Source: Oscillospiraceae bacterium | Lineage (GTDB): Bacteria; Bacillota; Clostridia; Oscillospirales; CAG-272 | NCBI GenBank assembly: GCA_015063955.1 | Contig: SVTD01000003.1 | Span: 3,952 to 67,951, forward strand | DNA: 64,000 nucleotides | Direction of reading: 5' to 3' | Shown: in pieces, positions 37,597-47,994 of the stretch | Layout: each line of letters opens with the position of its first letter | Position numbering within the stretch: the stretch's first letter is position 1 | Notes under the pieces: generated by a model | Database searches by the model: none | Told to the model about the DNA's origin: nothing | What the model saw: the letters and a program-made list of their open reading frames with translations, nothing else | Position numbers and translations under genes: made by a program

Positions 37597-38739
37597 TTGA
37601 ACAATCTCAGAAATTTCGGAATAGTTTTTGCAGTTTCCTTCGTTATTCTCGGAATAATCGCTCTTTTTGCCTGCGGCTACGTTGCAGACACCGTAGCCGG
37701 CATCTTCACCGATGACGGCGATGATCTCGATGCGATCCTTACCCCCTCCGAAACTACGGGAATCGGAAACGAGGGCGAGGACGACAGACTGACGAGGAAG
37801 CTCAACGGCGAAAGCTTTACCTGGCTTATGATAGTCTCCGATTACCGCCCCAACGTTTTTGACAACTACTATCCCCAGTCTGAAAAGGACGTTGACAAGA
37901 TCAAGGAGGATTTCGGTATCCTTGACGATGAGTATAAGCTTATCGAGGCAACGAATATCGTTATCGTCCGCGCCGACGTCAAAACGAGAGAATACGTTAT
38001 TATGACAGTCCCCACCGCCACGAAGGTGGATACCCCCTCCGGCAAGATATCTCTCGGCGAGGTATACGCTCTCGGCGGTGCCGAAACTCTTTCTGCAGAG
38101 ATCGGCAGCATGACGGGACTTACGGTGGATTACTACTCCGTGATCCACGCAACGGAGCTTCAAAGCGTTGCAAACGCCGTGGGAAGCATCCAGTGCAACA
38201 TCCCCGTTGATATCGCCTTCGACGGAAAGAACTACGTTACCGCTCCCGAAGAGGTGACGACGGACAAGGACGATAAAAAAGAGACCACGGCAAAAAAGGA
38301 TAATGACAAAGATAAGGACAAGGATAAGGACGAGACCACCGAGGCCGAGACCACCTACGTTGTGGAGCTTGACCGCGCCTCCTCCGTAAACCTTGCAAAG
38401 AAGCTGACCGCAGCTCTCCTTTTCTACGACGATGCCGACGGCATTGACGATGAGATGCTCATTCTCCAGAGCTTTGCCAACGGTCTTATGGTCAATCTCT
38501 CGGAAAAATCCGACGGAGACCTTACAAGCGCCTTCACAAGCATCAACAAAAAGCTTGTTAAAACAAATATCACAAAGGAAGACGTGCTGGCTCATACCGA
38601 GGTCATCCGCGGCTACAGCTGGTTCAAGATCCAGACCCTCACCTACCCCGGCAAATATATCACAGGCAGACAGGGCCGTGAGGGCTACTACAATCCCGAT
38701 ATCGATGCGGCGATCAGCTTCTTTGCCGACTACCGCTGA
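37597..38739 (+). CDS. LCP (LytR-CpsA-Psr)-like protein, divergent
   Basis: N-terminal TM; ATNIVIVRAD...MTVP and TGLTVDYY...VANAVG LCP-like segments; follows tagO. Confidence 0.65.
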   Translation: MNNLRNFGIVFAVSFVILGIIALFACGYVADTVAGIFTDDGDDLDAILTPSETTGIGNEGEDDRLTRKLNGESFTWLMIVSDYRPNVFDNYYPQSEKDVDKIKEDFGILDDEYKLIEATNIVIVRADVKTREYVIMTVPTATKVDTPSGKISLGEVYALGGAETLSAEIGSMTGLTVDYYSVIHATELQSVANAVGSIQCNIPVDIAFDGKNYVTAPEEVTTDKDDKKETTAKKDNDKDKDKDKDETTEAETTYVVELDRASSVNLAKKLTAALLFYDDADGIDDEMLILQSFANGLMVNLSEKSDGDLTSAFTSINKKLVKTNITKEDVLAHTEVIRGYSWFKIQTLTYPGKYITGRQGREGYYNPDIDAAISFFADYR

Positions 38740-38776
38740 AATAATATAAGCTAATAACCGAAAGGACATAAATATC

Positions 38777-40183
38777 ATGGCAAGAATGAAAAACACAGAC
38801 AAGACGATGGATAAGATCGTCGCACTTTGTAAGAACCGCGGCTTTGTATACGCGGGCAGTGAGATCTACGGCGGTCTCGCTAACTCCTGGGACTACGGCC
38901 CTCTCGGCGTTGAGTTCAAGAATAACGTAAAGCGAGCTTGGTGGAAGAAGTTCGTTCAGGAATCAAAGTACAACGTAGGCCTCGATGCAGGTATCCTTAT
39001 GAACCCCCGCACCTGGGTCGCATCCGGCCACGTAGTTAACTTCAACGACCCCCTTATCGACTGCCACTCCTGCAAGATGCGTCACCGCGCTGACAAGCTC
39101 ATCGAGGACTGGAACGCTGAAAACGGCATCGACATGGTAGTTGAGGCTCTCTCAAATGAAGAAATGACAGCATACATCCGCGAGAAGGGCGTTCCCTGCC
39201 CCGGCTGCGGCAAGTGCGATTTTACAGATATCCGTAAGTTCAATATGATGTTCAAGACCTTCCAGGGCGTTACAGAGGACTCCTCCACTGAGCTTTACCT
39301 CCGTCCCGAGACTGCTCAGGGTATCTTCGTAAACTTCAAGAACGTTCAGAGAACTACAAGAAAGAAGGTCCCCTTCGGCGTTTGCCAGATCGGTAAGTCC
39401 TTCCGTAACGAGATCACTCCCGGTAACTTCACATTCCGTACCCGCGAGTTCGAGCAGATGGAGCTTGAGTTCTACTGCAAGCCCGGAACCGACCTTGAAT
39501 GGTTCAACTACTGGAAGGATTACTGCCACAAGTGGCTCCTGGATCTCGGCATGAGAGAGGAAAACCTTAAGCTCCGTGACCACGAGCAGGCAGAGCTTTC
39601 TCACTACTCTAAGGCTACTACAGACTTCGAGTTTATGTTCCCCTTCGGATGGGGCGAGCTCTGGGGTATTGCCGACAGAACTGACTTCGACCTCAAGTCT
39701 CACCAGAACGAGTCCGGCGAGGCTATGGATTACTTCGACCCCGAAACGAACGAAAAGTATATCCCCTACGTTGTAGAGCCCTCCCTCGGCGCTGACCGCG
39801 TTGCTCTCGCTTTCCTTATCGAGGCATACGACGAGGAGGTAGTTGATGAGGCAAAGAACGACGTAAGAGTTGTTCTCCACCTCCATCCCGCACTTGCACC
39901 CATTAAGGCTGCTATCCTTCCCCTCTCCAAGAAGCTCTCTCCCCAGGCTGAGGAGGTATTTGCAGAGCTTTCCAAGTACTACAGAGTTGACTTCGACGAG
40001 GCAGGCTCTATTGGTAAGCGCTACCGCCGTCAGGACGAGATCGGTACTCCCTACTGCATTACATACGACTTTGACTCCCTCGAGGACGGCTGCGTAACGG
40101 TTCGTGAGCGTGACTCTATGGAGCAGGTTCGTCTCCCCATCGCTGAGCTTAAGGCATACCTCGACGAGAAGCTTTACTTCTAA
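38777..40183 (+). CDS. glyQS: Glycine--tRNA ligase (homodimeric alpha2 type)
   Basis: [50 protein letters not shown] motifs. Confidence 0.96.
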   Translation: MARMKNTDKTMDKIVALCKNRGFVYAGSEIYGGLANSWDYGPLGVEFKNNVKRAWWKKFVQESKYNVGLDAGILMNPRTWVASGHVVNFNDPLIDCHSCKMRHRADKLIEDWNAENGIDMVVEALSNEEMTAYIREKGVPCPGCGKCDFTDIRKFNMMFKTFQGVTEDSSTELYLRPETAQGIFVNFKNVQRTTRKKVPFGVCQIGKSFRNEITPGNFTFRTREFEQMELEFYCKPGTDLEWFNYWKDYCHKWLLDLGMREENLKLRDHEQAELSHYSKATTDFEFMFPFGWGELWGIADRTDFDLKSHQNESGEAMDYFDPETNEKYIPYVVEPSLGADRVALAFLIEAYDEEVVDEAKNDVRVVLHLHPALAPIKAAILPLSKKLSPQAEEVFAELSKYYRVDFDEAGSIGKRYRRQDEIGTPYCITYDFDSLEDGCVTVRERDSMEQVRLPIAELKAYLDEKLYF

Positions 40184-40192
40184 GGTTAGCAC

Positions 40193-40460
40193 TATGCAAA
40201 ACCTTTTTTGAAAAAAAGGTTCTGCACTCCAAAAAACTTTAAAAAGGACTTTGTCTTATTAAAGTTTTACTCGATTTTTTTCAAAAAATCGCGGATTCTT
40301 AAGGCAGAGCCTTAAGTCGCCTCCACAGAGGCGAAACACCTTTTGCCTTCCCGGATTCCAAAGGTTTGCCTTTGGTCGCCCACCGCTTGTGGGCGAAATT
40401 CGCAAAGGATAAACTAAACAATAAACCAACCGACCAGGGGAGGGGCAACCCCTCCCCTAA
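40193..40460. repeat. Hairpin-rich REP-like cluster sharing a module with the MITE family
   Basis: ATGCAAAACCTTTTTTGAAAAAAAGGTTCTGCACTCCAAAAAACTTT resembles 57762-57812; several short palindromes follow. Confidence 0.6.
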
Positions 40461-40496
40461 GATTTAATTTTACCTTTTACAGAAAGGACGAAAATT

Positions 40497-41378
40497 ATGG
40501 AATTCATTATCTCTAAGGGCGAAACTGTTGCTAAGTGCACTTCTGTCGGCGGTGAGCTTACGTCCTTCGTTAAGAACGGCACAGAGTACGTCTGGTACGG
40601 TCACGCAGAGCATTGGAGCGGCCAGGCTCCCTGTCTTTTCCCCGTTGTTTGCCGTCCCAAGGACGACTGCGTTATTATCGACGGTGTGACCTATCCTATG
40701 AAGAAGCACGGCTTTGCAAGAAAGGCTCCCTTTACACCTATCGAGGTAAAGCCCGACAGCGTTACCTTCCGTATCACCGAAACTGAAGAAACGAAGGCGA
40801 TCTACCCCTTTGATTTCAATCTTGATATCACTCACTCCGTTACAGAGGACAGCTTTACTACTGAATACAAGGTAACGAACCGTTCTGATAAGGAAATGAT
40901 CTTCTGCATCGGCGGACACCCCGGCTTCAACTGCCCTATTTTCGAGGGTGAGAAGTTTGAGGACTATTCCCTTGTATTTGACAACGCCGAGGGCGCTGTG
41001 GCACACAACTGCGATCTTGACGCCGGCGGATACATGAGCCCCGATATGCCCGAGCTTGATTATATCAAGGACGGTGCAATCGATCTTATCTACGACCGCT
41101 TTGACTTTGACGCTATCGTTGTTGAAAACCTTCCCGTAAAGAAGGTTAACCTCGTTAACCGCAGTACCGGTCACGGCGTTCGCTTTGAGTTTGATTCCTT
41201 CGACGCTATCGGCTTCTGGACTCCCATCAAGATGTCCTCTCCCTTCATCTGCCTCGAGCCCTGGAACGGTCTGCCCGGCGGTCTCGACGAGACAAGTGAT
41301 TTCACCTCCAAGAAGTACGTAAAGACTCTCGCTCCCGGCGAAAGCTTCGTTACAGCCTATAAGGCATCCGTTATCTGA
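40497..41378 (+). CDS. Aldose 1-epimerase family protein (LacX-like)
   Basis: GGELTS, APCLFP, KHGFAR, GGHPGF, FICLEPW motifs. Confidence 0.9.
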   Translation: MEFIISKGETVAKCTSVGGELTSFVKNGTEYVWYGHAEHWSGQAPCLFPVVCRPKDDCVIIDGVTYPMKKHGFARKAPFTPIEVKPDSVTFRITETEETKAIYPFDFNLDITHSVTEDSFTTEYKVTNRSDKEMIFCIGGHPGFNCPIFEGEKFEDYSLVFDNAEGAVAHNCDLDAGGYMSPDMPELDYIKDGAIDLIYDRFDFDAIVVENLPVKKVNLVNRSTGHGVRFEFDSFDAIGFWTPIKMSSPFICLEPWNGLPGGLDETSDFTSKKYVKTLAPGESFVTAYKASVI

Positions 41379-42328
41379 TGAATCTTTGTAATCTTTCCAC
41401 CGTCCGCGAGCTTCTTGACCGATACGGTCTTGCTCCCCGAAAGGGCTTCGGACAGAACTTTCTCATAAATCCCGACGTTCCTGCCCGTATTGCAGGCTCC
41501 TCCGCTCTCGGCTTTGATTGCGGCTGGGGAGGGGCAGACAGTACGGCACCCGAGGGTGTATGCGCCCTTGAGATAGGCCCCGGAATCGGAGCGATGACGA
41601 GAGAGCTGTCCGGTCTTTTCGAAAAGGTCCTTGCCGTCGAGATCGACCGCGGACTGATACCTCTGCTCTCGGAAACTCTTGAGGACTGCGATAACGTCAC
41701 CGTCATCAACGAGGACTTTATGAACCTCTCTCTCAAGGATCTTCTCCGAGAGAATTTCGGCGACAGCCCCGTTCGCATCTGCGCAAATCTTCCTTACTAT
41801 ATAACCTCTCCCATCCTTATGGCAGTGCTTGAGGCTTATAAGCCCTCAGAGCGGCCTCAGGTGGAGTCTATCACCGTTCTCGTGCAGAACGAGGTGGCAG
41901 ACCGCCTTTGCGCCGAGGCAGGAAGCAACGAGTACGGCTCTATCACCGCCGCCGTAAACCTTTGCGGCGAGGCGAAAAAGCTCTTTACGGTTCCCGCAGG
42001 ATGCTTCTATCCCGCTCCCAAGGTAACCAGCGCAGTCGTTCAGATAACCCTTTACAAAAACGGAGTACGCGCAGCATTTGATTCTCTCCCAGAGGATGAC
42101 GGCGAGCTTGATAAGCTTATCGCTCTTGCAAAGCGTCTTATTGCCGCCGCATTTGCACAGAGAAGAAAAACTCTTACAAATGCCCTATCATCCGTTTCTC
42201 CCAAGGAAAAAACAGAGGCGGCTCTGGAGGCTCTGGGACTTCGCACGGATATCCGCGGAGAAAAGCTCTCTGCCAAGGATTTCGTTGCCATCGCAAAGTA
42301 TATAAGAGGTGATGACAATGACAAATAA
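41378..42328 (+). CDS. rsmA: 16S rRNA adenine dimethyltransferase
   Basis: FGQNFL, EIGPGIG, ANLPYYIT, PAPKV.S, QRRKTL motifs. Confidence 0.95.
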   Translation: MNLCNLSTVRELLDRYGLAPRKGFGQNFLINPDVPARIAGSSALGFDCGWGGADSTAPEGVCALEIGPGIGAMTRELSGLFEKVLAVEIDRGLIPLLSETLEDCDNVTVINEDFMNLSLKDLLRENFGDSPVRICANLPYYITSPILMAVLEAYKPSERPQVESITVLVQNEVADRLCAEAGSNEYGSITAAVNLCGEAKKLFTVPAGCFYPAPKVTSAVVQITLYKNGVRAAFDSLPEDDGELDKLIALAKRLIAAAFAQRRKTLTNALSSVSPKEKTEAALEALGLRTDIRGEKLSAKDFVAIAKYIRGDDNDK

Positions 42329-42806
42329 ATTCAATCTTTATTCCCGAACAGAGGAAGAAAAGACCCGCGACATCATAATGTACGAAAAAAAGGCTCATGC
42401 ACGGGAGATATGCGAGCTTTTCGAAAAAAAGAAAAAGCGGGCAGATATTGTGACAGTATGCTCGGCAGTAGTCTTTGCGGCTGCGGCTTTTCCCCTGTTC
42501 TATAAGGCATACGACTCGGAAAGCATCATAGGTATGCTTTCGGTAATACTTTCGGCAGTTCTTCTCACAGTGCTGGCAAGGCTTGTTGCAGGGGCCGTTC
42601 TCACTCGCTCCTTAAAGGTGTTTCTTAAATGGGGCTCCCTTTGCACAAGATGGAAGGAAGCTCGAAAGGAAATGCACGATTACGAGGCAAAATTTACCGA
42701 CCAGACCGTGTTTGAGGCTGACATGAAAAAGGCAGAAAAGCGCCTTATGGATGCCTGCGACGCACTTAATTCCTTTGCTGAAAAGCACGGAATCACCGTA
42801 GATTGA
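42318..42806 (+). CDS. Hypothetical membrane protein
   Basis: Two TM helices; overlaps the rsmA end. Confidence 0.6.
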   Translation: MTNKFNLYSRTEEEKTRDIIMYEKKAHAREICELFEKKKKRADIVTVCSAVVFAAAAFPLFYKAYDSESIIGMLSVILSAVLLTVLARLVAGAVLTRSLKVFLKWGSLCTRWKEARKEMHDYEAKFTDQTVFEADMKKAEKRLMDACDALNSFAEKHGITVD

Positions 42807-42816
42807 CGGAGGAGCT

Positions 42817-43569
42817 ATGGAAGCTGTAATTCTCACAGCCCTGGGAGTAGGCGGTGCAACCGTTTTCGGCTCCCTGCTTGGCTTTGTATTTAAAAGAATA
42901 TCCCACCGCTTTTCCGATATCGTTCTGTCCTTTGCGGCGGGAGTAATGCTTTCTGCAGCGGTTCTCGGGCTGATACTCCCCTCCCTTGAATACGGCGGCA
43001 GGTTCGGAATAATCATAACCGTTGCAGGCATATTTGCGGGAGCGCTTTTCCTTAACGTTATCGATAAGCTCGTACCTCATTTGCATAAAATGGTAGGGGC
43101 GGATATTGAAGAGCATCATAAAACGAGCCTTTCCAGGGTACTTTTGTTCGTACTCGCCATCGCCATTCATAACCTTCCCGAGGGTATTGCAGCCGGTGTC
43201 GGCTTCGGTGCCGGAGACACATCTCAGGCGCTTCTTATCGCAGGAGGCATAGCTCTCCAGAATATCCCCGAGGGTATGGTCATCATCGGACCTTTGCTTT
43301 CTGCGGGAGTGTCTGCAAAAAAGACCTTCCTGCTGGCACTGATGACGGGAGCGGTTGAGGTTCTGGGAACCTTTATCGGCTACTTTGCAGTCAGTATCGC
43401 CTCCTTCATCCTCCCCTTTGCACTTGCCTTTGCAGGAGGAACGATGCTTTACGTAATAAGCGATGAAATGATCCCCGAGACCCACGCCCACGGAAGCGAG
43501 CGCGGCGCAACCTACGCCCTCCTCGCAGGCTTTTCCGTAATGCTTATAAGCGACGTTCTTCTTGGCTAA
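42817..43569 (+). CDS. ZIP family metal transporter (ZupT-like)
   Basis: FAAGVML, HNLPEG, QNIPEG, EMIPE motifs. Confidence 0.92.
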   Translation: MEAVILTALGVGGATVFGSLLGFVFKRISHRFSDIVLSFAAGVMLSAAVLGLILPSLEYGGRFGIIITVAGIFAGALFLNVIDKLVPHLHKMVGADIEEHHKTSLSRVLLFVLAIAIHNLPEGIAAGVGFGAGDTSQALLIAGGIALQNIPEGMVIIGPLLSAGVSAKKTFLLALMTGAVEVLGTFIGYFAVSIASFILPFALAFAGGTMLYVISDEMIPETHAHGSERGATYALLAGFSVMLISDVLLG

Positions 43570-43607
43570 ATAAAAATGCTGTTGCATTGTTGCAACAGCA
43601 TTTTTAT

Positions 43608-45944
43608 TTAGCCTTCATCCACTTTTATTACGCAAACGGTTATGTCGTCCTCTCTGCCTGTGTTTTCGGCAGCGGTCTCGGCTACGGTGCGGGCAAGAAC
43701 TGAAGGAGATTCTATCCCCCGTATTCCCTCGGAAAGAAGCTCGTAGAGCCAGGGGCTCTCCTCATAGGAGCCCGTTACCCCGTCGGTCATCATTATGACC
43801 GTATCCCCTGCTTTCAGGTCAAAGGACACCGACTCTGCATCGAGGGCTCTCATTATCCCCACGGGAACAGTTTTTGAGTGGATGCGGTATAGCTGTCCGC
43901 CTCTTATGACAAAGGTGGGTGCGGCGCCGCTTTTTATAAATCTCGCTCTGCCCGTATAAAGGTCTGCCTCCATAAGATCCACGGTTGTAAAGCATTCCCC
44001 CGCCGCTCCTCTGACAAAGCAGTTGAGAAGCTCAAGGGCGCTTCTCATGGGGCATCCTGCCGACAGAAGCTTTTCGAGGAAATACGCCGTGATACCGCTG
44101 GTCTGCGCAGCCTCCGTGCCTGAGCCCATACCGTCGGATACGAGGGTATAGAAATAACCCTCCTCGTTTTCAAAGGAGCAGACGCTGTCGCCGCTGCGGT
44201 TGTCCCTTCCCGAGCGAAGGCTGAAGCGTCCGTGGGAAAGTGAAATTACAGGCAAGGAATGCATCGATGCCGATATATGCTTTCCGTCTATGGAAAACTC
44301 AGGCGATGACAGTCGGGCAGACAGTACCCTCTGGGCGCAAATGCGTATATCGTTTTCGCCGGCACCCGCTCCCGAGGGATCTATTCCTCGAAGGTACACT
44401 CTTCTCAGGCGCTTGCCCCATACGGAGCACGCGGAAAAGGTAAAGCCCTCCGAGGTCAGCTCGCCCGACAGGCGTTTTTCCCCATCCTCATCACGTAGGG
44501 CGATCTCCGCCTCTCCCATCTCTCGCATAAGATTTGCCACGGCTGAATAATCCGAGGCGAAAAGCTCGCTCTTTTTTGCGCTTTCCGAAAGGCTCCTCGC
44601 CCTTCTTACGGCACCGTTTATGCTTTCGATTATGGGATCGATATTGAAGCATCGGCGGGCAACGGATTCGGGCACTATCCGCGCCGTGATCTTTCCGTTC
44701 TGGCACAGCCTGTATGCCATATTTGAAAACATGGAGTCTACGGTGGCGGCGTCGATCCCCGAGCATTCCTTTTCGTGTACACATCCGCTGCAATACTTTG
44801 CCCGTGCAGAGGCACAGATGCGCTGTGATTCACGGCTCGTAGGCAGGCGGAGCCTGTCTCCTACCTCCCGTATCAATTGCGAAAGAGAATCAAGGGCTTC
44901 TCCGATCCTCGGAAGTCTCTCATCCTTTACCGAGCCCTCCTTTTCCCATATTCCCCTTCGCTCAAAGTCAAGAAAGGCAGGCAGAGCATCGGGCAGAGGC
45001 CCGAGGCTTACGAAGGGGGATGCCACTGCCGCCGCAAGGGCGATCTCGGGGATAACGTCGGAAAGGGCTGAAAGCCCACCCGAAAAAAGAGAGATCACCG
45101 ATGCTGCAAGGGCCGCGATTATTACAGACGCTACCTTGCTGTACTCCCAGAAAAGTGAGGTTACAAGTCCGACGACTCCGAAGGCGGGGGCGTAAGCGCC
45201 TCCCATCGCAAGTCCTCCCGCAAGACCTACGACGCTTCCCATTGCAGCACCGCCGGCGTAGCTGAAATAAACTGCGGCAATAAAGGTAAGAGTCGCGCAT
45301 AGATTAAAGGGAAGCCTTACAAGGGATACCGATGCAAAAAGCCCCAGGGCAAGAACGAAAAGTCCTGCCATTCTTTTTGATCTTCCCGCACTCCTGTCAG
45401 AAAGAAAAACGAAGGCTGCTGCTCCGATAACTGCCTCACCGATACCCAAAAGTGCTGAAAACAGCCCGTAGTAAAGGCTCTCGCTCTCAACGATGGCTAC
45501 CACGCCTGCCGCCGCGGCTCCCGCGGCGCAGACCGTTATCTTCATATATCCCCGTTCTCTGAAAAGCCTTCTGAAAAGTGCGTTCTTTTCCTTGAAATCA
45601 CCCTTGAAAACGCAGACCCACAGGCGTATGAGAAGCATTGACAAAAGTATGAGTATCTGCCACAGAGCGCCGGTATCCATAGTCACCGTTGCAAGGACAG
45701 CCCCCATAAAGCAAAGTGCCGTGCTCATTCCCCCCGAGGATGCGGCGAGAACCGCAAAGCTTAATGGGTAGGTGCCCATCGGCGCTCTGACGGCGCTGAG
45801 AAGGAATGACAGCGCAAGAGTTACTCCATAACCGGCCACCGCTCTGATTTTTGATATATCGGCAACGCTTTTTGCTTTCGTAATTCCCACGTCTCCCGAA
45901 AGGAATCCCCTTCCGAGGCCTGATCTTATCTTTTTTCTTTTCAT
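43608..45944 (-). CDS. spoIIE: Stage II sporulation protein E phosphatase
   Basis: N-terminal multi-TM region, C..C...C central domain and PP2C domain (SGDS, SDGMGSG, TVDL, KSGAAP, MTDGV, DDITV). Confidence 0.9.
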   Translation of the reverse strand: MKRKKIRSGLGRGFLSGDVGITKAKSVADISKIRAVAGYGVTLALSFLLSAVRAPMGTYPLSFAVLAASSGGMSTALCFMGAVLATVTMDTGALWQILILLSMLLIRLWVCVFKGDFKEKNALFRRLFRERGYMKITVCAAGAAAAGVVAIVESESLYYGLFSALLGIGEAVIGAAAFVFLSDRSAGRSKRMAGLFVLALGLFASVSLVRLPFNLCATLTFIAAVYFSYAGGAAMGSVVGLAGGLAMGGAYAPAFGVVGLVTSLFWEYSKVASVIIAALAASVISLFSGGLSALSDVIPEIALAAAVASPFVSLGPLPDALPAFLDFERRGIWEKEGSVKDERLPRIGEALDSLSQLIREVGDRLRLPTSRESQRICASARAKYCSGCVHEKECSGIDAATVDSMFSNMAYRLCQNGKITARIVPESVARRCFNIDPIIESINGAVRRARSLSESAKKSELFASDYSAVANLMREMGEAEIALRDEDGEKRLSGELTSEGFTFSACSVWGKRLRRVYLRGIDPSGAGAGENDIRICAQRVLSARLSSPEFSIDGKHISASMHSLPVISLSHGRFSLRSGRDNRSGDSVCSFENEEGYFYTLVSDGMGSGTEAAQTSGITAYFLEKLLSAGCPMRSALELLNCFVRGAAGECFTTVDLMEADLYTGRARFIKSGAAPTFVIRGGQLYRIHSKTVPVGIMRALDAESVSFDLKAGDTVIMMTDGVTGSYEESPWLYELLSEGIRGIESPSVLARTVAETAAENTGREDDITVCVIKVDEG

Positions 45945-46143
45945 TTCTACTTCCGTTTCCTTTTCATTTTGTAAAAGGATTTTACGCTTTTCCCTTCAAA
46001 AAGTGCGTCGCATAAGGGGCTTGAAATATAGCTTTTTTATTCGTATTTTTGCGGGAATTGAAAAGAAAAAAGATTCCCCGCAATTCTTTGGTCGAAGAAG
46101 CTCTGAGAATTGCGGGGAATTTTCGGAAATACTATTCGGTTTT

Positions 46144-46386
46144 TCAGATGTTTTTCATTTCCTCAAGGCAGGAGGTGCATATTTTCTTATCCTTGTACGT
46201 AACGATGCCGTCCGCCTCACCGCAGAAGATGCAGGAGGGTGCGTATTTCTGAAGGATGATCCTGTCCTTATCGGAAAACATTTCAACTCCGTCGCCGGAA
46301 TTGATATCAAGCATTCTTCTGATCTCAATGGGGAGAACGATTCTGCCAAGCTCGTCGATCTTTCTTACCATGCCAAGTGATTTCAT
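46144..46386 (-). CDS. abrB: AbrB-family transition-state regulator
   Basis: MKSLGMVRKIDELGRIVLPIEIRR...CIFCG...ICTSC. Confidence 0.93.
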   Translation of the reverse strand: MKSLGMVRKIDELGRIVLPIEIRRMLDINSGDGVEMFSDKDRIILQKYAPSCIFCGEADGIVTYKDKKICTSCLEEMKNI

Positions 46387-46475
46387 ATTATTTACCGTCC
46401 CTTTCTTTTGGCAAAGGGCGACATTTTATTTCCTGTTATCGCCTCAAATTACCATATATTGTATATTGCAACATT

Positions 46476-46600
46476 ATTGTAACTCAATTTACAGATTTTG
46501 TCAATAACTCGACAGCATTTTCTGAAATAAACCGTTTTCCACCGTTCGCCACTTTTCGACAAGCCCCTGTGTTGACTTCACTTTCATATTAGTATATAAT
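46476..46600. promoter_or_regulatory. Divergent sigma-A promoters (abrB and LRR operon) with tandem Spo0A boxes
   Basis: Minus TTGACA-17-TACAAT (46504-46476); plus TTGACT-17-TATAAT (46572-46600); minus TGTCGAA-aag-TGGCGAA at 46561-46545. Confidence 0.7.
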
Positions 46601-46629
46601 TATATCAATATTATATAATGGAGAAAACT

Positions 46630-47994
46630 ATGAGTTCTAAATCAAAAAATAACAAAAGCGCCGGCACTATAGGGTGCATCGTACTCATGCTTATTTCATT
46701 CGGCCCGGTTATTGTGCCTCTCTTTCTCTTATTTACCGAAGCGCCCCCCGCGGTAGTGGCGGTTTTATCAGCTATAGCATTCGTTCTGATACTTTCACAT
46801 CACAATAAATCATTTAAGAACGCCGGCACCGCGAAAGCAGCGCTTGATCCCAATGCCTCCGAAAAGGCTTTTGCACGCAGGATAGTCCTTTCAAGGCTGC
46901 GCGAAATGACGACGGATACCTACAGACCCGTTGCAAAAAAGCTTATCCGGGACAGATTTATCGTTTGCGGCGCTTATGCCTTGTTTATCATCCTGTTTCT
47001 TGGATTCGGCGGGCTTTACGTTTCCCGCTTATTCATAAATATTTGCATTATTCTTGCCGTTGTGACTGAGGCGATATTTCTCTCCCTCTCTACGGAGAAA
47101 TATATCGTACGGGCTATGAAAAAGAACCCTCAGAAAAAGATCACAGAGATCGTCGGTGAGGTGACCTTCAACGACGCTGAGACTCCGAAGCTCAAGGGAC
47201 GGACGGTTGCGGCCGTTCTCCTTATCCCCGTGGCACTCGGCGTTTCCCTTGCATTCAATTCAACTCCTTACATAACCACAGAGTCCTGCATTGGCGGAGT
47301 ATCCGTCGTTGAATACCGTCCTGCATTTTTCGCTATGGATACGATTTCCATCCCCGAAAAGATCGACGGAAATACCGTCGTCAGCATTGGGGAAAATGCA
47401 TTCTCCGGCAACTCCTACGTAAAGGAGATCCGTCTCCCGGATACGGTCAAGGATATAGGCTCCTATGCCTTCAAGGACTGCCGCGCCCTTACAAGGATCA
47501 CTCTTCCCAAAAGCCTTGAAGCCCTTGGCGGCGAAGCATTTATGGACTGCAAAAGCCTCAGCTTCATCTCGATTCCCGAGGGAGTGAAGGAGATACGAGG
47601 CAGCACCTTTGAGGGCTGCTCCGCGCTTTCAAGCATCAATCTTTGTGACAGCATTACCGACATTCACGCGAGAGCCTTCTTCGGCTGCTCCTCTCTCAGA
47701 TCCATAGATCTTCCCGAGGGCATCACAGAGATCCACGCCAATACCTTCGAGGAGTGCTCAGCTCTCCGCAGCGTGACTATTCCCGAGGGCGTTACGAGGA
47801 TCGCAGCCCACGCCTTTTACGGCTGCTCCTCTCTCAGCGAGGTCAACGTGCCCGATTCCGTCAAGGAGATCGGAAGCTCCGCATTCCGTCTTTGCACCTC
47901 ACTTGACGAAATAACTATCCCCAAAGACTGTATCGTTAACGAAAGAGCCTTCAAGGAAAGCCCCACAAACGTAACAAGGAAGATTCATGAATAA
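46630..47994 (+). CDS. Membrane protein with BspA-type (LRR_5) leucine-rich repeats
   Basis: About five TM helices, then repeats of IG..AF.GC.SL.SI.IPEGV; RBS GGAG before ATG 46630. Confidence 0.88.
   Translation: MSSKSKNNKSAGTIGCIVLMLISFGPVIVPLFLLFTEAPPAVVAVLSAIAFVLILSHHNKSFKNAGTAKAALDPNASEKAFARRIVLSRLREMTTDTYRPVAKKLIRDRFIVCGAYALFIILFLGFGGLYVSRLFINICIILAVVTEAIFLSLSTEKYIVRAMKKNPQKKITEIVGEVTFNDAETPKLKGRTVAAVLLIPVALGVSLAFNSTPYITTESCIGGVSVVEYRPAFFAMDTISIPEKIDGNTVVSIGENAFSGNSYVKEIRLPDTVKDIGSYAFKDCRALTRITLPKSLEALGGEAFMDCKSLSFISIPEGVKEIRGSTFEGCSALSSINLCDSITDIHARAFFGCSSLRSIDLPEGITEIHANTFEECSALRSVTIPEGVTRIAAHAFYGCSSLSEVNVPDSVKEIGSSAFRLCTSLDEITIPKDCIVNERAFKESPTNVTRKIHE

Noticed and set aside
38740-38776. 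Expected glycine T-box before glyQS
   Set aside because: Only 37 bp of intergenic space and no T-box motif
37594-40192. Long antisense ORFs (402 aa and 346 aa) opposite the LCP-like gene and glyQS
   Set aside because: Shadow frames caused by the codon bias of the sense genes; no RBS or motifs
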